Source: an uncultured delta proteobacterium
GTDB taxonomy: Bacteria; Desulfobacterota; Desulfuromonadia; Geobacterales; Pseudopelobacteraceae
Direction: 5' to 3'
Length of the DNA stretch: 64,000 bases
Assembly (NCBI GenBank): GCA_963772835.1
Contig: CAVYYZ010000009.1
Span: 119,223-183,222, forward strand
Shown here: one piece after another, positions 21,077 to 29,308 of the stretch
Layout of the letters: each line of letters opens with the position of its first letter
Position numbering within the stretch: the stretch's first letter is position 1
The notes under the pieces: model-generated
Database searches by the model: none
Told to the model about the DNA's origin: nothing
Seen by the model: the letters and a program-made list of their open reading frames with translations, nothing else
Program-made: the position numbers and the translations under genes

Positions 21077-21835
21077 CTACGCGTAGGCCCGCGAATAACC
21101 GAACTTCATCGAGAGCGCCTCGGCTCCTTCTATCATGCAGGGGATCACCTCTTTTTCCAGTCGTTCCTGCAGCATGCGGAAGGAGGGTGCCAGCAGCGTC
21201 AGGGCACCGATAACCTTGCCGGCATAATCCCGAATGGCGACCGCCACCGTGCAGATGCCTTCCCCCAGACCGTTGAAGTCAACCGCCACTCCTGTACGGC
21301 GGATCTCATCCAGTTCCATCTCAAGCTGATGGAAATCCTTGATGCCCCTTTTTTTACCGGCACGGCCAAAGAGGTCGATTGAGCCGACCGACTTGAGAAC
21401 CTTGCCGGCAGCGTTGGTAAAAAAAGGGAAACGCTGACCCACGAGATCAACCGCCTTGATCTGCTGGAATGAGTCGACCATATCCAGGAAAAGAACATCA
21501 TTATTGCTCATGACGGTGATATAGACCGCTTCATCCAGTTTGCGCGCCAGTTCAACCATAATCGGATGTGCCATTCTGATAAGATTGTCGCTCTTCAGGA
21601 TGTGCTGCGCCATTGCAAAAGACTGTGTACCCAGGCAGTAGCTGCCGGATTCTTTATCGTGCTCGACCAACCCCTTGTCTTCCAGGGTGGCCAGCAGGCG
21701 AAAAATTTTGTTGCGACTCAACTCCAGTTTTTTTTCAAGAGCAGAAAGTGTCGAGCTGCTGTCCTGTGCCAGCGTCTCTAGCAAATCGATGGCCTTGACA
21801 ACGGCCTGGACTGAGTAAACTCCTTTTTCTCTCAT
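21077..21835 (-). CDS. IclR-family transcriptional regulator, copy 2
   Basis: Paralog of 15071..15832; more divergent in the N-terminal HTH, near-identical in the effector domain. Confidence 0.93.
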   Translation of the reverse strand: MREKGVYSVQAVVKAIDLLETLAQDSSSTLSALEKKLELSRNKIFRLLATLEDKGLVEHDKESGSYCLGTQSFAMAQHILKSDNLIRMAHPIMVELARKLDEAVYITVMSNNDVLFLDMVDSFQQIKAVDLVGQRFPFFTNAAGKVLKSVGSIDLFGRAGKKRGIKDFHQLEMELDEIRRTGVAVDFNGLGEGICTVAVAIRDYAGKVIGALTLLAPSFRMLQERLEKEVIPCMIEGAEALSMKFGYSRAYA

Positions 21836-21948
21836 GTAGTGGTGCTCCCGATTAATGAATTAAGAGTACTGAATTCATTTATGGTGACAATTAACCAGTG
21901 CCCGGCATGTTGCCATGTGAATCTGTTTGTGGCTGCCTAACATATGGC

Positions 21949-22231
21949 TCATGCGGAGTGGACAGCGGCAAGGGATCCGCCATGCACTGTTTCGCAGCAG
22001 CGATCATGAGCTGAAGTCACTGATGGCAAAATGAAACGGCGTTGCAGGCACATGGCGATAACATCGGATACCGTTGTTATTGTTGCCCGATGTACCATAA
22101 GATTCCCGGTTTCCCGTGATCCACTTCACAGTAACTTGAATATCAAAAACAGGGATTTTACTCACAGAAATGAACACCGCTGATCTCGCCGGCAGAGCAC
22201 AGATTACTATGTGGGACAAGAAACGTTTCAT
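21949..22231 (-). pseudogene. Degenerate copy of the RAPP leader peptide
   Basis: MKRFLSHIVI start matches copy 1; another frame ends HDRCCETVHGGSLAAVHSA*, aligning with HDCCVGNHQGRAPPVVHSV*. Confidence 0.6.
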
Positions 22232-22742
22232 AGCAACCCTGATACCTTCTGCCAATTATCAACAGTAAAAGAATTGAAACCACTAAATTTTATAATCAGC
22301 AATTTTCGTCATTTTTAATACAACGTTCCATATTTGTCAATAATTTATTTAATATATAAAATATTAGTATTTATATTAATAATATTGATATGTTATAGAT
22401 AAAATGAAAATATATTTTATCTAAATTTGCCCCCAGTGTATCACTTGTATTTTGAATTATATTCGAAAATTTTCTTTTTTTTATCACAAGGCGTTTATTT
22501 TTAATCTCCGCGTGAATTATATTTACGTTTTACAGTGCGTATTGATACGCAATTCGAATACGTGATATGGTGCATCCGATAACATTTTTATATTATTGTT
22601 GAAGCAGATTTTATCCGTTGAAATATGGCGTCCCATAAAGGACATGTACGACTTTTACATCACGTCACTTGACATACGCATAGTAACTATCCCAGTATTG
22701 GGCATTCATTTTGGGCTAATTTGTCATTGCGGGGAGGTATGT

Positions 22743-23249
22743 ATGGAATCAAAGCCGGATATGGTAGCAGGAATAATTGATGATATTCGACGCGTCTTTC
22801 AGGTTCTTACAGAGCAATCGAGAAGGATAGAACACGAAACCAACCTTACGGGCCCACAATTGTGGGTTGTCAAGATACTTAAAGACACCTCTCCCATGAA
22901 GGTTTCTGATTTGGCGCGGAGCATGTATCTTCATCCGGCGACAATGGTTGGTTTGCTGGACAGACTTGAAGTGAAAGGCCTACTTAAGCGTACACGGTCA
23001 GATAAGGATCGGCGGGTTGTTTTCATTGATCTTACCGAGCAGGGACGGGAATTAGAGATAAATTCGCCTGAGGTTGTTCAGAACCTCCTGGTAAAAGGGC
23101 TTGAGTCAATAGGGATGAATGATCTGGAGTTAATTTCCGGTGGACTGAATCGAATTGTTACTATATTAGGTGTCCAGGGGGCACCTCCGAAGCTCATTAT
23201 GACTTCAGATATCAATATGCCGAAGAGGCGGAGAAAAGTCTCAATTTGA
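22743..23249 (+). CDS. MarR-family regulator (EctR/CosR-like), paralog of 7220..7696
   Basis: IRRVFQ...LTGPQLW...HPATMVGLLDRLE...RSDKDRRVV; SD GGAGGT before ATG 22743. Confidence 0.9.
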   Translation: MESKPDMVAGIIDDIRRVFQVLTEQSRRIEHETNLTGPQLWVVKILKDTSPMKVSDLARSMYLHPATMVGLLDRLEVKGLLKRTRSDKDRRVVFIDLTEQGRELEINSPEVVQNLLVKGLESIGMNDLELISGGLNRIVTILGVQGAPPKLIMTSDINMPKRRRKVSI

Positions 23250-23357
23250 TTTTTGCACGGATCGTATTGACGCCCATGCCACGCGATAGGGAGATAATTC
23301 AGGGATGAAGTCCCGGAGTATTCCGCTTGATACGTGTTTTCTTTTTAATGATGGGGG

Positions 23358-24791
23358 TTAGAGATATGGCGAAAAGAGGCGTGCAAAATTGTCGCGGAGC
23401 CTGATCGGCAGGGGACGACCTTCAATCTCCTGCAGGGTTATTTCGTGGGAATGGGCGAACGCTTTATCAAAATGCCGGCGTATGGTGGAAGACAGTTCCG
23501 TATCAAACACGCTGAGGTCCAGCTCAAAATTCAGCCTCAGACTGCGCGTGTCCATATTTGCAGAGCCTATGAGCGACCATATATTATCTACGAGCAACAG
23601 TTTGGTGTGTACAAACGGGGGTGGTTGATAGTAGACACGGACACCATTGACCTGTAATTCCCACAGCAAAGAACGGCTGGCCCAATCTACAAAGGGGAGA
23701 TTGTTCAGCCCGGGAAGAACGATGCGGATGTCAACGCCGCGCAGCGCCGCAGTTACGAGAGATGATATCATTTCGCGATCCGGGATAAAGTACGGCGTCA
23801 TAATGTAGACCTGGTTTTTCGCGCAGGAAAGGGCCCCCTTGACAATCTGCTCAATCTTTCGAAACTCCCTGTCCGGACCGTCGGCAACACAGCAGACCAG
23901 AGCATTCCCCTGTGGTTCTATCGCCGGGAAAAAGCAGGGATTCTGCAGTTTCTCTCCGGTTACAAAAAACCAGTCACTTAAAAAAGTCCCCTGAAGGTCC
24001 GCAACGACAGGACCCTTTACGCAGAAGTGAACGTCATGAATCGAATTAACCGATGATTCAGAAGCGTTCAGGTGCCGACTGCGGATATTCATACCACCGG
24101 TAAAAGCTTCCTGACCATCGACAATCAAAAGTTTTCTATGGTTGCGCAAATTGATGTACGCGCCGTGGCGGAGGGGTAAATAACGTACAAGACGGACAGC
24201 TGTACCGCGGAATGCAGCACGCGGGGACAGGCGGCTGTACTTTTCACCCAAAGCATCGATTATGACCCGCACCTCTACGCCGCGCACGGCAGCTTCAATG
24301 AGATGATCTACAAACTCTGATCCTATCCCATCGGCATCGAAGATATAACTCGAGAGGTTAATGGTCTCCCGGGCGCTCCTGATCGCGGCAAGCATGGCGG
24401 GGTAAGCCTCTTCGCCGCCGATCAGTGCAACGATACGATTACCCTGTCGCTGGCAGGTTGTAACAATAACATCTTCAATATGTAACAGATCCGACAGATG
24501 CGCCGCATACACAGGAAGATGACGTACAATAAACTCTTGGTCCAGCTTGGGATATATTTCAGTCCGGCTGAGCCATCGACCGCTTTCCTGCCAGCTTTTT
24601 GCCCGTCTGGAGATTCGGTTTATCCCCAGACTCCAATAAAAAAACGGTCCGATTAGCGGAATAGAGAGATTCACGCTCACCCAGACCAGCGCCGAGCGCG
24701 AATCGCGTTTGAAAAGCAGCGCGTGGCCGGCCGTAACCAGAGACAGGAAGCAGGAACCGACGACAAGACATGCAATCAGTAAATGATCCAA
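23358..24791 (-). CDS. cls: Cardiolipin synthase (PLD family)
   Basis: Two HKD motifs (NHRKLLIVD, VHTKLLLVD), GSANMDTRSLRLNFE, N-terminal TM hairpin. Confidence 0.93.
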   Translation of the reverse strand: MDHLLIACLVVGSCFLSLVTAGHALLFKRDSRSALVWVSVNLSIPLIGPFFYWSLGINRISRRAKSWQESGRWLSRTEIYPKLDQEFIVRHLPVYAAHLSDLLHIEDVIVTTCQRQGNRIVALIGGEEAYPAMLAAIRSARETINLSSYIFDADGIGSEFVDHLIEAAVRGVEVRVIIDALGEKYSRLSPRAAFRGTAVRLVRYLPLRHGAYINLRNHRKLLIVDGQEAFTGGMNIRSRHLNASESSVNSIHDVHFCVKGPVVADLQGTFLSDWFFVTGEKLQNPCFFPAIEPQGNALVCCVADGPDREFRKIEQIVKGALSCAKNQVYIMTPYFIPDREMISSLVTAALRGVDIRIVLPGLNNLPFVDWASRSLLWELQVNGVRVYYQPPPFVHTKLLLVDNIWSLIGSANMDTRSLRLNFELDLSVFDTELSSTIRRHFDKAFAHSHEITLQEIEGRPLPIRLRDNFARLFSPYL

Positions 24792-24794
24792 TGA

Positions 24795-25094
24795 TCAGCC
24801 CAGATCTACCGAAATCTCATCTCCGTTCAATTGTACCGGAAACGTGGCAAGCTTACATTCCGGGTGCTCGGCACACCGGCCATCCGCCAGGTTGAATCGG
24901 TAACCGTGCCGCGGACATGAAATGTAGCCGTCCTTCACGACTGCGGCATTCATCGGGCTCCCCTGGTGCGGGCATTCGTTCTCAACGGCAAATATGGCCC
25001 CTTTGACATTGACGAGCAAAATGTCTCTTCCGGAGACTGAAACAACTTTCTTCCCGAAATTAGGGACTTCACTTATTTTTGCGACCCTATCCAT
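24795..25094 (-). CDS. Rieske-type [2Fe-2S] ferredoxin
   Basis: CPHQG and CPRHG motifs. Confidence 0.92.
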   Translation of the reverse strand: MDRVAKISEVPNFGKKVVSVSGRDILLVNVKGAIFAVENECPHQGSPMNAAVVKDGYISCPRHGYRFNLADGRCAEHPECKLATFPVQLNGDEISVDLG

Positions 25095-25308
25095 ACGTCC
25101 TCCTCTGCCTGAAATTAGCAATGACTTAACCTACCCGAAATATGTCATCCCCGTCAATTGCTCATATTTTTCAATTCTGCGTGAACGTCAATTAAACAGC
25201 AAGCATGCCTAAATAATAATCAGCCGGATATGAATTGCGACCCTTTATTGACACCGTTACATGCGCAGCAACACCACAACATACCGTTATTCATCTGTTT
25301 ATACATAT

Positions 25309-25324
25309 TGGCACGTTCTCTGCT
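25309..25324 (+). promoter_or_regulatory. Candidate sigma-54 (-24/-12) promoter
   Basis: TGGCACGTTCTCTGCT with GG-N10-GC spacing. Confidence 0.5.
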
Positions 25325-25540
25325 AAAAACCAATTTACAAACGATGCGCCGAAAATAATCAAGTTTGTTGTGGCCAGCAGCAGTCAACTTCAACAGAACG
25401 TGCAGCGATGGAACCAACGAAGCTTTCATCTGATCACCGTTCAAAATCAACGATGAACGGTGAAAAGTGACCATATCCACTCTGCAAGTTATTGAATTGT
25501 AAAAGAACTTATCCATCGCTGATTTTCATCGTTGAAAAAA

Positions 25541-25818
25541 GTGTACCGGAAGTGTACCGGAGCTGGTGTACCGTGGTGTACCGGAACTTTGGACGCGAAA
25601 AGTGAATTGAATCTAACCTAAATCAGCCTCGGTTGACAGAAAAAAAAGCCGCTCTCGATAACGAGGACGGCTGTTATTTTTTATACTTATGAGAATAAGT
25701 TGCTGACATACAATGATAATTTCAGCCTTGAATGACTCGCAAGTGGTTAAAATGATTCTTGTTTTTGGCAGCTAGTTTTTTGACTCCTAACCGTATTAGT
25801 ACCAAATGGTACCAAATG
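25541..25818 (+). repeat. Short direct repeats: GTGTACCG(GA) x4 and GTACCAAATG x2 (possible recombinase arm-type sites)
   Basis: Copies at 25541, 25552, 25566 and 25576; second pair at 25799 and 25809. Confidence 0.75.
25640..25682. terminator. Terminator-like hairpin
   Basis: A8-GCCGCTCTCG-ATAA-CGAGGACGGC-TGTTATTTTTT; imperfect stem. Confidence 0.55.
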
Positions 25819-26119
25819 ACTCTAGTCAGAAGATCACCCAATATTGTAACTATCTAGAACCATTGGTATTTATGCTCTCTGATGTTCTGTTGGCGAATAG
25901 TACAGAGATTCGATCAGTTTCGGTGATTTTAATGCCGTAGGTTCGAGATTTGATCGAAAAGAATGTTTCCTTCAAATAAAGCGTGTTTTCTTTTCTGAGA
26001 GCCACCGAAAAAGAGCGGTTCGGCAGAAAGCCAACTAGAAAACAGGTGATGATTCCCGTTAAAGTTATAGTTAGAGCGAATCTCAGGTGATCCTGGTAAC
26101 GCCAGTATTACTTATTTTT

Positions 26120-26441
26120 CGCTGGTGTTTTAGCTTTAGGTGCAGCTTTCACCGCTTTAATTGATTTGGCACTCGAATCTTCGAAAGTTAAGCGGTTTGA
26201 CGAAATGTGGGTAGTGAAAAATTCCCGTTTGTGTCGATGGTTCGATTCCGATAGTTCCTCGATAATATCCGCCGATGACCCAGATGATCCTGGGTCGTTT
26301 CCGTTTAAACCCCCAATAGAAACTTAAGCGCTGAGCGCGACGGCGAACTCTGTGAGCATTAGGTGCATTCGTCGGCGGATAGTGCATTGCCAGAACGTAC
26401 CGACAGTTCGAAGTCAGTAATCTTACGATATAGGTATTCAT
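26120..26441 (-). pseudogene. Possible degraded IS200/IS605 TnpA remnant
   Basis: HYPP...W.IGGYYRGTIG resembles the C-terminal half of TnpA (PP...W..GY.V.TVG); no intact HUH motif. Confidence 0.4.
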
Positions 26442-26557
26442 CTAAGCTGGTATTCGGGCCTGTCAATCTGATTGTGTAAATGAATTTTCGGCTTCTCTCA
26501 AAATTTGTTGCGTGTTGCCTGTTTACTCAGTTTGAGACTTTCTGAATCTCAGTAAAG

Positions 26558-27778
26558 TTATCCAGATTTACGCCAGTTAAAGGCGCGCAACTGCAGTTCA
26601 GGCATTGCGTTTGTATTAATCCCGATTTTTAAGAGTTCTGCTGAAGCTGACGACATGTCGAGGTGTTCAATATGTTCCATTACTCGTAATAAGCTGCCAT
26701 AATGCCCTGTGTGATTAAGTAATGCCGTTGCAACATCCTCGTTGAGGTTGAGATTGAGAATGATTTCCTCAATGGTAATGTCATAGATATTCTCCATAAG
26801 AGAGAGGATTCCGGTCATAAAGGCATGTTCTGGAGATTCATCAATAAACTGGAGTTGGGGATGAACAAAGGCCATCTGTTCCATAAACCCAGCCCTGGAA
26901 GCCGCCATATCCACCAGAGGGTGAGCAAAAGCATCATCTCCATCTGCAGCAAATAGAGCCAATTGTATCCAGCGCTTGATCTGCATTCGGCCGGTCATTG
27001 CAATGGCGTGCCGTACACCCTGGATTTTTTGACGATTCCCGAATGCTACCGAGTTTACGAGCATCAGTAGCTTGTAAGTCAATGATGGACTACCGCGGAA
27101 AGCCAGTTCAATCTCTTGGATGCTGGCATCCTCTGCCAACAGGCGCAGCAGCTTGAGGAGTGTAGTTGCATCCTCGTCCATTTTCTTTCTCTTGATGATA
27201 TCCGGGCGGGCAAAATAATACCCCTGAAAGTAGTCAAAACCAAGAGAGTGACAAGCCTTGAACATCTCGACGCTTTCAACCTTCTCAGCAAGCAACTTGC
27301 AGGGATACGGGCGAAGGAGCTCTATTATCTCAGGCAGGGATTCCAGCGGTGTCTGGAGCAGATCAATTTTTATGATCTCCACGATTGCATACAATTCTGC
27401 AAATTCAGGACTATAGAGGTGATCATCCAAGGCAAAACGGAATCCGGCCTCCTTCAGTGCCCGACAGCGCTCGATGACAGCAGGTGACGACTCGATAGAT
27501 TCCAACAATTCTATTACTATATGTTCATGCGGAAGTAATTCCAACCCTTCATACATCAGCATCTCTAAATCAACATTTATGAAACCTTTATGACCATCCA
27601 GAAGTTCTCTGATTCCGAATGACGCCAGTGTATTGACGATAACATTGGCAGTAGCTCGACCCGAATCCTGTATATTGGCTTCATTGACATCCGTAGAGCG
27701 AAAGAGCAATTCATAACCATACAAATGCTCGTTTCTGTCTAAGATTGGCTGTCGACCTATAATGCAGTGTTCTGACAT
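26558..27778 (-). CDS. EAL-HDOD c-di-GMP phosphodiesterase (YuxH/PdeH-like)
   Basis: GRQPI, GYELLFR, FINV, IELLE, ALDD, IKID, LAEKVE and FQGYYFARP, then HDOD (LTYKLLMLVNS, AFMTGILS). Confidence 0.92.
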   Translation of the reverse strand: MSEHCIIGRQPILDRNEHLYGYELLFRSTDVNEANIQDSGRATANVIVNTLASFGIRELLDGHKGFINVDLEMLMYEGLELLPHEHIVIELLESIESSPAVIERCRALKEAGFRFALDDHLYSPEFAELYAIVEIIKIDLLQTPLESLPEIIELLRPYPCKLLAEKVESVEMFKACHSLGFDYFQGYYFARPDIIKRKKMDEDATTLLKLLRLLAEDASIQEIELAFRGSPSLTYKLLMLVNSVAFGNRQKIQGVRHAIAMTGRMQIKRWIQLALFAADGDDAFAHPLVDMAASRAGFMEQMAFVHPQLQFIDESPEHAFMTGILSLMENIYDITIEEIILNLNLNEDVATALLNHTGHYGSLLRVMEHIEHLDMSSASAELLKIGINTNAMPELQLRAFNWRKSG

Positions 27779-27820
27779 GAATAGCTCCTGTGGTTGATTT
27801 GCGAATTATACTGCCAACCG

Positions 27821-28720
27821 TCAACCACTCAATGTGACTCTGTTTCTTCCCGCTGATTTACTCTCATACATAAGTGTGTCAGCTCTTTTAACGACTGATT
27901 CGGCAGTATCGTTTGAAACGACCATGGTAGCTCCTATCGAAGCGGTCACACTCAGTTTTTCATTTTCAGCCATGATAAAACTGTGCTCAATCACCAAGCG
28001 GACACGGTCAGCAACTATGCCAAGCACCTTCTTGGTAACATCTGGCAATAGGATCATAAACTCTTCTCCGCCCCATCGAATTGCCACATCCATTTTCCTC
28101 AATGTATTCGAGACAGATTTGCCCACCATAACGAGGACGTCGTCGCCGGTCTTGTGTCCATAGTTGTCATTGAACTTCTTGAAGTGATCAATATCCAAAA
28201 AGATGACACCAAACGGTGTACCATGCGTTTCCCAGTCATATATTCTGGAATTGAGTGACATTTCTCCGTATCGTCTATTACCCACGCCGGTTAATGCGTC
28301 CAGGTATGCTTCCTTCTTGAGACTTTCAAGTTCCTTGAGTATCTGTAGAGAATCAGAATTGTCGGTGAATATTTCAATGGCCCCGTTCACGTTGCCATCA
28401 TCATCACGTACTGGTGTTATTCTCGCGGAAACAGGCACACGATGCCCTAGCTTGTGATGGAGAAACACTTCTGCTTGACGAGTTTTACCATCAATCAACG
28501 TCGCTGATAATGGACACCCATCAATACATAACTCTCTGCCATTGCTGTCAATATGACGGAGGATGTTGTTGGCGCAACAAGAACCTGTAACTTCAGATTT
28601 AAGGTAACCGGTAATTCTTTCAGCACCTTTATTCCAAAAGGTAATGCTCTTATGTGTGTCAACATAGTAGACGCCGTCAAACAGGCTATCCAACAACTTT
28701 TCATAAGAAAGATCACTCAT
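27821..28720 (-). CDS. PAS-GGDEF diguanylate cyclase
   Basis: DALTGVGNRR, DIDHFKKFNDNYGH, RKMD I-site and GGEEF. Confidence 0.95.
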   Translation of the reverse strand: MSDLSYEKLLDSLFDGVYYVDTHKSITFWNKGAERITGYLKSEVTGSCCANNILRHIDSNGRELCIDGCPLSATLIDGKTRQAEVFLHHKLGHRVPVSARITPVRDDDGNVNGAIEIFTDNSDSLQILKELESLKKEAYLDALTGVGNRRYGEMSLNSRIYDWETHGTPFGVIFLDIDHFKKFNDNYGHKTGDDVLVMVGKSVSNTLRKMDVAIRWGGEEFMILLPDVTKKVLGIVADRVRLVIEHSFIMAENEKLSVTASIGATMVVSNDTAESVVKRADTLMYESKSAGRNRVTLSG

Positions 28721-28755
28721 GGTGAATTCCCCGCTTCAGCTACCTGAATAAACAA

Positions 28756-29184
28756 TCAATTTTCGTATTTCTGCCGGAGGGCAATACATTCTTTGACGTA
28801 AGCAACCATTTCTTTATCGTGCTTCTTGATGTGATTAATTATCCAGCGCAGGAGTTTGCCGGTTGCAGCAATGGCAACTTCCTTAGAAGCACCTTCCTGT
28901 TCAATCTTATTTTTCAGTTCATTTGCATCTCGAGTAAATTCGCCATGCTCGTGTCGTTGAACTTCAATTTTAGGGTACCTGTACTCCACCATAATCTTGT
29001 CCTCGGTGGTGAAATGCATATGAGCATAATCAAAAAGAAAAACTGCCAACTCTTCGACGATTTCTTTTGATTTACCCTGCTGCGCCGCTTCAGACAATTT
29101 TCCAAAGTGCTCTACAATTCCCTTGTGCTGACTGTCGATCTCCTCGAAACCAAGTTCAAGTGATTCATCCCATTGAAGTGCCAT
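28756..29184 (-). CDS. Single-domain bacteriohemerythrin
   Basis: W...LELG..EIDSQH, HF..ED..M, HEH and W..NHI..HD motifs. Confidence 0.92.
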   Translation of the reverse strand: MALQWDESLELGFEEIDSQHKGIVEHFGKLSEAAQQGKSKEIVEELAVFLFDYAHMHFTTEDKIMVEYRYPKIEVQRHEHGEFTRDANELKNKIEQEGASKEVAIAATGKLLRWIINHIKKHDKEMVAYVKECIALRQKYEN

Positions 29185-29308
29185 ATTTTACTCCTTAACT
29201 ATTTTTGCTTCATACGCTGAATCAGATCCGCGGTGTTAAAAACAAAACCTTAACAGCCATTTCCACATCCACTGCCGTCTCCTGGATTTCACCTCATACT
29301 TGCTTCTG

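Larger units (their letters stand above)
10871..22231. repeat. Diverged tandem duplication, ~6.0 kb unit (leader-IclR-DUF4212-SSS-membrane protein-NhaD)
   Basis: Constant offset of about 6000 bp between paralogous genes (12823/18822, 14892/20894). Confidence 0.97.

Noticed and set aside
25220..25516. Short ORFs on both strands in the junction region
   Set aside because: No recognisable motifs or SD; the region is better explained as non-coding.
25541..25585. GTGTACCGGA repeats as a CRISPR array
   Set aside because: Units are 8-10 bp with 1-4 bp gaps, there are no spacers, and no cas genes are present.
25925..25950. tRNA-like fragment (TTTTAATGCCGTAGGTTCGAGA)
   Set aside because: No cloverleaf or proper T-stem can be built; at most a decayed att remnant.
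27821..28720. Hypr-type GGDEF making 3',3'-cGAMP
   Set aside because: It keeps Asp in GHKTGD at the specificity position where Hypr enzymes have Ser/Thr, so c-di-GMP is expected.
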